A stretch of 64,000 nucleotides of DNA from Tubulanus polymorphus. Taxonomy: Eukaryota; Animalia; Nemertea. The stretch spans positions 3,596,001 through 3,660,000 of the forward strand of contig NC_134036.1 in the NCBI RefSeq assembly GCF_964204645.1, read 5' to 3'. The notes under the pieces were generated by a model. It saw only the letters and a program-made list of their open reading frames with translations. It searched no databases and had not been told where the DNA came from. How positions within the stretch are numbered: position 1 is the first letter of the stretch; every line of letters begins with the position of its first letter. Positions 25,701 to 37,901 of this stretch are shown here, piece by piece. Position numbers and translations under genes: made by a program.

Positions 25701-28700
25701 GCGTAAGTTGTCTTTATCACTTTGCTAAGTCGTTCCCGTATATGTTCATGCTTCATCAAATAGTTCAATTATACGAACGATTTTGTTTTTGTTTCGTTTA
25801 GATCCCAATGACACTCGCAATTTGCGACAGAATGGTAGGTACCGCGTACTAGAAAACAAATATTATTTGTCGTCTGAAGTTCGATGCAGGTCTTTCGTAA
25901 ACAATAAACCTCGACACACACTTTCATCGTCTGAAAATCCGATTCTTTTTCATTTTTCAGTTGGAGTCATTGACGTTGGTAAGCTCTACATTCCGTTGAA
26001 GTTAATGTACCGTTAAAATCGATGAGATACAAACGTTTTCAGGCCGCAACGAAATGAACATACATTCTAAAGATAGGCCTAAAGTTTATTTTACTTTTTC
26101 TATCATTTTCATATTTCATAATCGCTAACTTTGTTTTCAGTCGTGCCGTCCTGTAAGGTAAGACCAATTTAAAAAAGAAATCCCGTTGAGCAAATCGTTG
26201 TACATGTACATGTATACGATGCGTCACCATTTTCATTTGTAATCTTGTACAAAGCTTTGTGACTAGACCGATACACAAATACGCATGTTCGGCTAAGATT
26301 ATAGAGAATATTTAGGTCGAAAAATACTTAAAAAAGAGATGATTGGTGAACGCAAAATTCCATTCAGTGAATACGCATTTTGATAAAAATGTTCTTGAAA
26401 AAGAAGTCACAAATTTTAAGAATGTTCATAAGTAATGTGTCAAGATAGAGGCTTAGATCGGGCAGTTAGTCATCTAAAATGTAATGAAAAATAAAGGATT
26501 TATCGCGCGCTTCGTTATTTAGGACAAACCTGATCCATGCGAGAATGAAAAACCCCTTTCCTGTATACAAGAAATAGATGGCTACAGATGTGATTTTCTA
26601 GAAGGTGTGTTATTTCTTCCGCATCTCATCTACGTCGTTTCACCGGATTTTTTCTTCGTCTCTGCTCCGTTGGAAGTTTTCAAAAAAGTTTCAGTTCTCC
26701 TCTTCTTTGCGGCAGTCATGGATATCATTTTTCTATTCATCAACCGCATGTTCCCCCCAGTCCTCAAGTGTGGGTCGTGCGTTTTCTTCGTAATAATCTC
26801 ATTCGCCTAGAACACCTGTGGTAAATCAGACACTAAGGTTCTCGGCGAACAACCGAGAAGTCGAATATCCCAATGTTTGTTTAGGTGTCGGTGTTTTTTC
26901 CACTTCGTCATCATCATTTTGAGGCGTTCATTGCAGCCCTCATATAGCACTGGAGTTTTATGCTGCAATTCCATTTATTTCCACGAGTTTGTATAAAATA
27001 ACGCGATGATTACTAATAAACTATGTCCATAATATGAAGTGGCTCGGGTAAAATTGAAGGGAGGCAAATATAAAAAAAGAATTTCATACGTCCTATGATA
27101 TTGTTTTGGATTCAGTAGTCTACAAGTTGGCTGAAAAAAATTATTCGTGGAGTTTTGATGGTGGTTTTGATATAATTCTTTTTTTCTTCATTATGTATAG
27201 GAGAAAACATGTGTACTGTAAGTAGCCTCGTAAATTATGAAGATATTTTGTCTCGATTATTATCACGATTAACCTGCAATGAGAAAGAAATTAAAACATG
27301 TTGATAATTACAACAAATGATAATCTTGAGAGTTTAAGACCAAACTGATTATGGTTCCTGCCGAGTCTTCGAGGTTTAATGGGATTTGGGTAGTGTACCG
27401 AATAACGAGGCATGAGTTGGACGAAGAGTAGAAATAGTTAAATTCGTATGCTTATCATGTTTTCGAACCGCGTGAAACTAGCTTATCTGCCACTACCTTA
27501 CTTACCGCTGGAACTACCGATACATAAAACCTTGATCGAAGTTTTGCCTGTATGTCCAGATTAAGGGGAAAAAGTTTTTCTTAGTTTTTGAAATGCAACG
27601 AAGAGGCAGGAGAGGTGTGCCAACTGTTGAATGGAAATGCCCACGACGGTATGTGTGGACTACCGAGAGGTAAGTTGTTTGTAAGTTCCGAATGATCAAC
27701 AGTATTCAATTCAAACTGCATAGGCTTTCGAAATCTGGATCCATTTCCATCGATAAAATCAGCCGATATATTTCCTAAGAGTGTTATTTGACCGGTAACT
27801 ATGGAATTTGAGCCTTGCTTTATCCTACGAATTATTGGACATCTTTTTTTGTTTGTCGTCATCAAAATACCGTTTACAGAATTCTATTTTCTAATTCAAA
27901 TTGGAAACCGTTGATTGCTAAGTATATAAGAATCATAGCCACCCAGTGGCTTCTAGTATTCTCTGCAATTTGCACACGCTTCTTAATTGCCGAAATATTT
28001 CCAAACAAATTTTGCATATTGTAGATTCCGCCAACCTTACGTATATACTGAACGATTCTGATGAAAGTAAGTAAAATTGAACACGTTGTTCAGGCTAGAA
28101 AAATTGATACCTTGTTTCTCCTTCCTGCTGAGCTTTTAAAAAAGCTTTCAAGAGTCTATCTACCCTGTATATTACTATTTTATAACAAAATCAGGATCAT
28201 GCTAAGCACAACAGACCCGGGAGCTATAGAAATGAATTGATTACAAATTTTATTGCGATTTACTAGAATGACCCGGCCGATCAGGAGCAACAAGGTATCA
28301 TGTTTTAGTCTTATGTTTACATATTTCTTTTTTCCTTTTTTTCACATCTCTTTACGCCACTTCCTGTCTCGATTATCGTATTCTTAATTGCAGTTATGAC
28401 CTTGGAAATGGATCTCGAGAAAGAGGAAGAAGGTCAGTGCTAGCTCTGATTTGATTTTATTTCGATCCGAGGTTTGCCACCTGTATCTCAGTACACCATC
28501 GCTTATAATTCTTGTAGTCATTGTCTTCATTATTTTCATATTTTCAGTAAAGGATTGTAATGTGAGTATTGTAATGTGAGTATCCTCACCTTTGTACGGG
28601 GACGAACGCGAAAAAACCCATCGGAAACATCAAGCAGAAAAAGTTCCACGAAAAAGAAGTTATCCCAAAATAGGCTGTATGGAAAAATAATGGAAACTAA

Positions 28701-31700
28701 GGCAGCTTCGGTTTTATTCGCATTTATTCCGATTTTCTAGACCCCTTCGAATTCGTCTTCCTTTAAGCTTCGCTTCTTATGGAAAATTTAGAAGTACTTA
28801 TTTCTGTATGAGTTAATAGAGATTAAAGTACCGTTTCATTTTCTACTAGAAATTACTCTTCACAATACGCAAGAAATTGTATAGCTTTCTTTTTTAAACG
28901 ATTTTTGAGAAAATACATGATAAATTTGTTAGAAAATTTTATCAATTTGCAAAAAACCATTGATGACGTAAATAAACATGAATTAACCTTGCTATATCTG
29001 GACGTGCGGTCGAAGCGACAATTGATTTGAAGTGACGATTCTCGAATTTTACGATTGATTTCAGGATGATCCAACCATATGCAACACGCCTTTATCTTGT
29101 GTTCGGGTAAGGGGTAAATACACGTGCGGATTTAGACCAGGTAAATATAAGTATTTGTTTAGGCATAGGCAATAAATGTACATCGGCAGTGAATGCAGTT
29201 TCTAGCCTGACGTTACTTAAAAGTAAACAGCGCAGAATCAACTGCAATTCGATGTAAATATTCTTGCGAATATATCTGAAATTAGTTTTTCACATTTTCC
29301 TTTTTCAGGAGAGAATATTTGCAGCGTAGGTGAACACGGGGAAATTTCCTTCATCGCAAAACAAGAGAAAAAGAAATCTAAGTTCATTTAACTCATCACC
29401 GTTTGTCTCAGATTATTTATTGAATTTCATTTTTTTCCAGACACAATTTACTAACTGTAAACCCCCATCTATATGCGTGCTTATCAATCACGACCCGTAC
29501 AGAGCGTTGTGCCAGGCACCAGTAGGTAAGGTGGATTACGTTGCAGATCTCAATAATAGGATCTTAATTTTCTGTATATCGTTCATGGCATTTTTATATC
29601 TAATCTATAACCTGTAAAATGTGTCGTCACAAATCCCACGATAAGAATAGAACAGAATAGTCCAAAATGCATCGACGAGCTAGGCGTTCATTCAAAGTTA
29701 TCCTTCCCGAAGGATTACCTGGAAAAAGTCGAAATAAACCAGCAGCTCAAGGGCCAAACATTTTCGGACTCAAACTTTCCATAACATCCAATTTTCCGTC
29801 TATTCCTACTATTGCTACAACGCGGACATTGTTTCTTCAATGTTTAAAACCCCGTACCATTCGTATTTCAGTTGAAAAAGGCCCAGTGAGCATCATCATC
29901 GAAGATGGCGATGACGGTAAGTAGTTCCCTCGTGAAATCGAGTCACGTCACTAAGCGGTGCGTCTATGTTTGAGTTCAAAATTGTATACGTATTTCCAAT
30001 TCAATTAAGTCGCCATTTGGATACGTCGTCGACATAATGATTGTCACGAATACGCCGACTTAAGAAGCAAGTTTGACCGTAGCAAATGACAGTGACTGTT
30101 AGACACCTCCGTGTTGAGTCACTATATAGGGTCATCAATTATAGAACGTCAAATCAGCAAATTGTTATATATATATATATACATTGTGATTTACAGGTGA
30201 AATCATGCACTTCCAAATTCACTCGCCAAACGGTAAGCAGTAGATATTTTTCTAATGTAAAACGTGAATAGAAAATACTCAAATGTAAAAAAAAATAAAA
30301 TAACGTCTATACATTGTATCATCGTCAATTTCAGGAAGCGAAAGCTGTGAGGTAATGTATAGTGCAGATCACTTTTTAATTTGTGATGATATCCACGACG
30401 GTCGCATCTAGATAGACGAATCAAAATCTCGTCCTTTTTCAGAACAACGAAAGCATTTGTCCATCCCCGCTGTCCTGCGTACAAGACGTTAATGGGAACT
30501 ACAGTTGCGATCTGAAAGAAGGTAAGTTCCTGCCCTGGATGACTATGCCTTAAAGTATGAAACCGAGACATAGACTCATCCTCCCTCGCAGGATATACGT
30601 AGGCCTTTTAGCACCGTGAGATGAAACCTTAAGCTTGAATGCATGCTTTACTACGCTTGGCAGAATCATAATTCATGTTGATGACATACTTGTCATGTAG
30701 AACTCGATTCTCCACAGTCTATACCGCCATATGTTCCTCTACTTTTAGGTGAAGACATGTGCAAAGTACGTAGAAGGTCAGGGTGATACTGATCGACACA
30801 TGAGACTCGAGTTGGTTTTCGTAACATCTGTTCGATGGCCACGCGCCACATTCGGATTCTAATCCATCGCCTATCATTTCAGTTGGGGTACACCGAATGC
30901 GAGCCACCACACGTTTGTAAACTGATTGATGATGATCCACTGAAAGCGGTTTGTGAACCTGGCGACGTCGATCTAGGTAATGCTAAATTTGAAATATGAA
31001 CACATTACTGAGGTCCCCGCACAAGCTCATACCGAGTACAATCTGAATAAATATAATATTCCTGGATTATTGGAAAGTATATGTTCCTTACGGTTCGGGA
31101 ATACTAAATCGAATTGGGCATTGTGGATTTATTGAACGAAGAATTCAAGAGTCAGGTTCAAATTAATGGTAGCCCAACCTTTTACTCTGGTGCTGTGCAT
31201 ATTAATGATTCAACTACAATGCAGAACTTTGTTTTAATGGCCTCATACATTGCCTAAAACTTTACGAGCGCTACAAGTAAATTATGTATAAACATGTCTG
31301 AAATGTCTCTAATTCATCGTCATCGTTTGACAGATACGCAGAGTGATCTACCGACGAGTGACGACTACTGTAACGGAGTAAGTATAGGGTTAAAAGCCAG
31401 TCCACTCCTTACTTATGGCTCATGATGAGTCCAGAAGACAAAGATGAATCTAAAGATGAGTCTAAAGATGAATATGAAAGAAATCCCATAATAATACAGC
31501 CAAAGATGTTAACACTGGTGATGGCTATTATAGTTTATACCCGAAAGCCCCGAATATTGTATATACACTTTTACTCAAGACTACATCTTTGGCTGAATCA
31601 TCGTGGAATTTCTGTCGTATTATGGCACATATGCTAAGAGTCTACTGAGCGACTGATGAGCGAATATGAAATTTCGTAATTGTTTATTTTCAGAAAGACG

Positions 31701-32066
31701 TTTGTCCACCGCATTACCAATGCGAACCGGCCGATCCGTTCCATTCCAACTGTTCGATGACCTGGACGTGAGCAATAACGAACTAGCGCTTAACTCTCTA
31801 TCCATTTCTTTTTTTCTTAGTTTAGCTTTGGCTACGCTGTCACGATATCCTTTTTACATTTAAGGCCGACCGGGAAGACTCTGTTATTGGTGAGATGGAT
31901 GGAAGACGCGATACTGCAAAAGAAAATCGGCCGCGACGCGTTCGTAGCCGAAAGATTCGCCCAGCTTTTTGGTGATGACAACGCCGATTCGGATGACGTT
32001 CCCACGTCCACCAACGGGAACGATATTGCTAGCAAGTTGGAAAGCGAAGCAGTAAGGGACAAATAA
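19753..32066 (+). CDS. Probable secreted protein: signal-like N-terminus + SEA domain + 11 four-Cys (follistatin-N/EGF-like) modules; 36 exons, ~708 aa
   Basis: In-frame GT-AG exons: 19753-19760, 21451-21521, 21836-21951, 22235-22299, 22603-22784, 22933-23037, 23161-23177, 23277-23361, 23840-23856, 24090-24174, 24574-24621, 24801-24817, 24910-24991, 25119-25135, 25624-25702, 25802-25834, 25961-25978, 26141-26157, 26523-26604, 27201-27217, 27585-27669, 28025-28066, 28394-28432, 28548-28561, 29065-29140, 29309-29325, 29441-29525, 29872-29916, 30197-30232, 30335-30351, 30443-30521, 30749-30765, 30883-30976, 31334-31377, 31694-31767, 31865-32066 (sum 2127 nt, no internal stop). N-terminus MRGFIIAMLVIEATI; SEA hallmarks FDPDLKNSASVAYTNMQREMESAL and ITGFSEGSTIVNF. 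TATAAA at 19657, AATAAA at 32181. Confidence 0.85.
20665..21100 (+). mobile_element. 5'-truncated L2/CR1-group LINE 3' end
   Basis: Reads LHWLP then, after a frameshift, FKAVLLVFKALNGLSP...RPSRCLRS...YGERAFAWAATILWKYLP..LR.....EFKSGVKTYLF, the typical L2 ORF2 C-terminus. It is followed by a stem-loop (21039-21066), AATAAA and a (TTA)n tail. Confidence 0.85.
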
Positions 32067-33382
32067 ATTTGGCGTAACGTGATGACTACTGCTCTGTTGA
32101 CTACTATTATTCTTCATTGTATTAGAATATTCTATTTTTGCTTCTTAAGCCGAGTCATACATATTGTGATATGATGTAGAAATAAAATTACGTTCTAGTT
32201 TCATGGAAAAGTTTAAGCTTTAAATGGTTAGGTTGGAATTGTTTGCCTACAATTGGAAATGTGAAGCAACCAATTGTATTTATACCAAAGTTTGCGTGTA
32301 ACTTTTTCTCATCGAATATACATATATGCTATGTGCTGTATTCGTGCTTATAACTATAATGTTAAAATCCCACAATACAAAAGAGAGTGTTACTACGAGT
32401 CAAAGGTTTCTTTAATTAAGGTATGAATAATATTTGATTCGATGTTTCCACTCGATCAGTTATCGTTACACTCTTATAAATAACAGTGACCGGGGCGGTT
32501 TTATCAGAACCACGAAAGCAGCTCGGCTGTATTGCAAATCTGCCACCCTTCGTATCGACAGCTATTGTTCTTCATCGTTTTTCGGCTTTTTTCCATTGTA
32601 TTATCGCATGGACCCATTGTTTTAGCGCGGTTTGATCGTTGAAATTGTATACTCCTCATCGGGTTCGAAAAACGGCATATCGTATTAATGATTACCGATG
32701 ATATAACATTGGTATCGTCTTTTCTTGGGAACTTCTTTGTTTAAATCGAATATCCGCTTGATATTGGAAATTATATTTCAGAGTATTTTCTTCGACTTAA
32801 AAGTAGGATCCGCCCTTGAACGGATGCGGTAACACCCGACGTACGGGAAATCTAAACGTATTGTCTTGTGTACGATATAAGATCGAACCACATATTCTTT
32901 TCAATTATTCTTTACCAAATTCGTAAATTAGACACATTTGGATGAGTTAAACAGAAAAGATAAATCAAAACCAGACGCAAAGTTAGTGAATCGGCTTCAT
33001 AAACGAATGTCCAGGTTTTTTTTGAAGTTGGTAACTACTTTCCCAGTACTCTTATGCTATAACATAGATGCATCATTCTGCGCATGGATAGCGTGCATTT
33101 CTCACATATTGATTCGGATCTGGTTTACAGATATAAAGATATGAAATATTGTACGTTATGGAATATTGTAATGGTAGGGTAGATTTCGCTTCACCGAAAT
33201 TGCAGGATTGGAAACTATTCATCAACTCAGTCTTCAAGTTCTCGGCGTCAGTTTGACTCAGTAATGCAGTTGGCGTCTGATCAACCGCTATATAGTATCT
33301 TGAGGATTTATCAATACTTGGAACGCATGTTGCTTTAAGTTCTGCTGCGTTCCTCGACCAAGCAGTGGTGCAACCTGAATTG

Positions 33383-34498
33383 ATGACTTCACTAAATGCG
33401 TCGGTCGGTACTGAAATACTTTACTCCAACCATTCGGGCATAGCAACCACCACTGAGAAGGCATGGTTTAAACCTCATTCGCGGTGTAAATACATCCATC
33501 ACGCCGATTACAATCCGTTTCACGTGAATCTGTATATACAGATCACTACTTACGTCGTTTTCAGCATCGCCATCTTCGGTTTGATGGCGAATTCATTGTC
33601 TTTTATCATCCTCAGTAAAGAACGTTCGAACAACACCAGTATATTCTATTTGAGATGTTTGGCTGTTGCGGACATGTTTATTTGTTTGTCTTATATTGTA
33701 TTTGACTTTCAGTATCGGCTCTACATGCACACGCTGTTACTGGACATGACTGCTGAAATAAACCACGCTATGAAGCGCATGTATTCATACACTCAAGACA
33801 TTCGATTTTTGTTTTCAAGTATCAGTGACCTGATAACATTGTTAATAGCAATAGACAGATATATCGTTGTTTGTTGGCCTCTGAAAGCTGTCAGAATTAT
33901 AACCATGAGAAAGAGTTGTATCTTGGTCACTTTTTGTGTGATAATTTCTGCCTGTAATCATTGTAAGAGTGTTTTCAAGTATTATAACTATCGTTCCCGT
34001 AATCCGTGCACTGGACACGAAAGATGGAATCAGAAATTCACTCCATTTGCTAAAAATATTTATTTGAAATACTACGACGTATTTGTCCGCGCTCCTATAT
34101 TTACTATAATCCCGACAGTGATAGTAGTTCTAATAACTATCCGATTGATTTTCACGTTGAGACGCGCAGGAGCAGCGAGAAAAACGATGTCTACAAATCA
34201 TCAAACTTCTAACAGCAGCAGCAGCAGCAGTGACCGTAGTTTAACTCTGACGTTAGTTCTCATCTCTAGTTTGTATTTATTGAAGAATGCATTGTCTGTC
34301 CGAGCCTCCATCGTCAACTTGATAAAAACTTTAGGTGGTTCACTCGGTAAAGGCATTTCTCACGTTTATATGAACCCAGTTGGGGCCATCGGAAGAATGA
34401 TTGTATCATCTTGTAATTTCGTCGTTTATTGCGCTTCGAGGCGTCGCTTTCGAAATCAACTGAAAGCGATGTTTTCGGTTAAGAAGTGTCAAATCTGA
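33383..34498 (+). CDS. Rhodopsin-class peptide-receptor-like GPCR (FMRFamide receptor/Srw-like), array copy 1
   Basis: Seven hydrophobic segments, GLMAN, LAVAD, IDRY, NFVVY, helix-8 FRNQL; N-terminal sequons; ATG 33383. Confidence 0.9.
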   Translation: MTSLNASVGTEILYSNHSGIATTTEKAWFKPHSRCKYIHHADYNPFHVNLYIQITTYVVFSIAIFGLMANSLSFIILSKERSNNTSIFYLRCLAVADMFICLSYIVFDFQYRLYMHTLLLDMTAEINHAMKRMYSYTQDIRFLFSSISDLITLLIAIDRYIVVCWPLKAVRIITMRKSCILVTFCVIISACNHCKSVFKYYNYRSRNPCTGHERWNQKFTPFAKNIYLKYYDVFVRAPIFTIIPTVIVVLITIRLIFTLRRAGAARKTMSTNHQTSNSSSSSSDRSLTLTLVLISSLYLLKNALSVRASIVNLIKTLGGSLGKGISHVYMNPVGAIGRMIVSSCNFVVYCASRRRFRNQLKAMFSVKKCQI

Positions 34499-35622
34499 TA
34501 CATTCAATTCTTACAAGCTTTCGATATTTCTTATTTTCAATAATCACATTTCAATGGTTACTTCTATTCATGAACATTCGCCTCTTACAGTTCATTAGAT
34601 GTTTATCTTAAAGCGAAATAAGAAGAAAAGAACTGCTTATTTATTAATTACGATATTGAAATATCGAAACATAATCTACTGTCATAGATAAAATACTCGT
34701 TGCTTAATCCCTAAATATAGACAAAATGCCTAGTCCACATTTCATATGAGCCAGTTCCACAATCAACCGCAACCAACTACAGAAGACTAACTACAGATCT
34801 GGACCCAGTTCCACAGTTGTCAGTTAGAGTTAACTGTGAGTTAAAGTTAGTTCATTTTCAATGTTTTAACCCAGAGTCAAATCTTAACTCAGAACTGTGG
34901 ATTTGGACCCTGCTTTAAAACTACATTCGTAAACACTATACAACGTTTTTTTCATCAATTTCTATATAAACTCGAATCAAATTTCCGAGTCTTAAGAATT
35001 CCGAATAATGACTTCAGATTATGATTCAAACCTAACGATTTTATTCACTGACGTTGTGATCAACGCTGGCGCTATATGACGTCATATCGGTGGTTATTTT
35101 ATCGGTTCTTGAGACGTGACGTCCAAATACGCCGTATACCTATTATCACGTGACTACAGCCGGCACAAATACTACGAGACCAGTATATAATATGCATACT
35201 GTATCATTACACGCGTGTCTTCCTGGATTGTTCTAAATTTCACGTAATATAACATCATTTTCATTTTTCATTGATGCGATTAAAAAGCTATTACTTTTTA
35301 GGTGAAATGCGTATATTTTTGCTATTGGAATTTTGTCATCAATGCGACTAACTCCGTATAGTAAAAAACTCACCAACAAACATTGATTGATTTCGTTAAT
35401 GTATAAACATCTCCCTGAGGCATATTAGGTTTTGAAGGACTGCAATTCATAGATTTCTCATCTCTCAGACTCAGTGTTCATTTGACTCAGCAGTTTGGCT
35501 GTCTGGTGGGTCGTTCTATAGCGAGCAATATTCTTAATCGCTCATAACTAAAATGCGACTGTTTGCAATGTTTGGAAGTTTAAGTCCTCGATTTCAAAAA
35601 GAAGATTCTTCAAACTGAATTG

Positions 35623-36768
35623 ATGGCCGCGCAAAATGTATCGGTTGGTGCAGGGAACTTTACCGCCAACACCACAGGAGTGACAACCACAACTGAGAAG
35701 GCATTGTTTAAACCTCATTCGCGGTGTAAATACATCCATCACGCCGATTATAAACCGTTTCACGTAAATCTGTTTCTGCAGATAACTACTTACGTCGTTT
35801 TCAGCATCGCCATCTTCGGTTTGATGGCGAATTCATTGTCTTTTATAATTCTCAGCAAAGAACGTTCGAACAACACTAGTATATTCTATTTGAGATGTTT
35901 GACCGTTGCGGACATGTTTATTTGTTTGTCTTGTGTCGTATTTGACTTCCAGTATGGGCTCTACAGTCACACGCTGTTACTGGACATGACTGCTGAAATA
36001 AACCACGTTATGAAGCGCATGCATATATATACTCAACACATTCGAAAAGTTTTTTCAAGTATCAGTGACCTGATAACATTGTTAATAGCAATAGACAGAT
36101 ATGTAGTTGTTTGTTGGCCTCTGAAAGCTATCAGAATCATAAGCATCAAGAAAAGCCATATCAACGTCACTATTGTTGTAATAATTTCTCTTTGCAACCA
36201 GTCTAGAGAATTTTTCTTGTACTATAACCATCGTTCCCGTAATCCGTGCACTGGACACGAAAGATGGAATCGGAAATTCACTCCATTTGCTAAAAACATT
36301 TATTTGAAATACTATGGCGTGTTTGTCCGGGCTCCTATATTTACTATAATCCCGACAGTGATAGTGGTTCTGATAACTATCCGATTGATTTTCACGTTGA
36401 GACGCGCAGGAGCAGCGAGAAAAACTATGTCTACAAATAATCAAACTTCTAACAGCAGCAGTAGTAGCAGCAGCGGCAGCAGCAGCAGCAGCAGCAGCAG
36501 TGACCGTAGTTTAACTCTGACGTTAATTCTCATTTCATGTTTCTATTTATTGAAGAATGCATTGTCTGTTCGAGCTTCCATCGTCAACTTGATACAAACT
36601 CTCGGCGGTTCACTCGGTAAAGGTATTTCTCATGTTTATATGAACCCAGTTGTGGACATCGTAAGAATGATTGTATCATCTTGTAATTTCGTCATTTATT
36701 GCGCTTCGAGGTGTCGCTTTCGAAATCAACTGAAAGCGATGTTTTCGATTAAGAAGTGTCAAATCTGA
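35623..36768 (+). CDS. GPCR array copy 2
   Basis: Intact ORF with the same motifs; ICL3 tract S7-G-S8. Confidence 0.9.
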   Translation: MAAQNVSVGAGNFTANTTGVTTTTEKALFKPHSRCKYIHHADYKPFHVNLFLQITTYVVFSIAIFGLMANSLSFIILSKERSNNTSIFYLRCLTVADMFICLSCVVFDFQYGLYSHTLLLDMTAEINHVMKRMHIYTQHIRKVFSSISDLITLLIAIDRYVVVCWPLKAIRIISIKKSHINVTIVVIISLCNQSREFFLYYNHRSRNPCTGHERWNRKFTPFAKNIYLKYYGVFVRAPIFTIIPTVIVVLITIRLIFTLRRAGAARKTMSTNNQTSNSSSSSSSGSSSSSSSSDRSLTLTLILISCFYLLKNALSVRASIVNLIQTLGGSLGKGISHVYMNPVVDIVRMIVSSCNFVIYCASRCRFRNQLKAMFSIKKCQI

Positions 36769-37901
36769 TACGTTCAGTTCTAACAAGCTTTCGATATTTC
36801 TTATCTTCAAGAATCACATTTCAATGGTTACTTCTATTCATGAACATTCGCCTCTTACAGTTCATTAGAGGTTTATCTTAAAGCGAAATAAGAAGAAAAG
36901 AACTGCTTATTTATTAATTACGATATTGAAATATCGAAACATAATCTACTGTCATAGATAAAATACTCGTTTTTAATCCCTAAATATAGACAAAATGCCT
37001 AGTCCACATTTCATATGAGCCAGTTCCACAATCAACCGCAACCAACTACAGAAGACTAACTACAGATCTGGACCCAGTTCCACAGTTGTCAGTTAGAGTT
37101 AACTGTGAGTTAAAGTTAGTTCATTTACAATATTTTAACCCAGAGTCAAATCTTAACTCAGAACTGTGGATTTGGACCCTGCTTTAAAACTACATTCGTA
37201 AACACTATACAACGTTTTTTTTCATCAATTTCTATATAAACTCGAATCAAATTTCCGAATCTTAAGAATTCCGAATAATGACTTCAGATTATGATTCAAA
37301 CCTAACGATTTTATTCACTGACGTTGTGATCAACGCTGGCACGATACGACGTCATATCGGTGGTTATTTTATCGGTTCTTGAGACGTTACGTCCAAATAC
37401 GCCGTATACCTATTATCACGTGACTACAGCCGGCACAAATACTACGAGACCAGTATATAATATGCATACTGTATCATTACACGCGTGTCTTCCTGGATCG
37501 TTCTAAATTTCACGTAATATAACATTATTTTCATTTTTCATTGATGCGATTAAAAAGTCTATTACTTTTTAGGTGAAATGCGTATATTTTTGCTATTGGA
37601 ATTTTGTCATCAATGCGACTAACTCCGTATAGTAAAAAACTCACCAACAAACATTGATTGATTTCGTTAATGTATAAACATCTCCCTGAGGCATATTAGG
37701 TTTTGAAGGACTGCAATTCATAGATTTCTCATCTCTCAGACTCAGTGTTCATTTGACTCAGCAATTTGGCTGTCTGGTGGGTCGTTCTATAGCGAGCAAT
37801 ATTCTTAATCGCTCATAACTAAAATGCGACTGTTTGCAATGTTTGAAAGTTTGGAAGTTTGAGTCCTCGATTTCAAAAAGTAGATTCTTCAAACTGAATT
37901 G

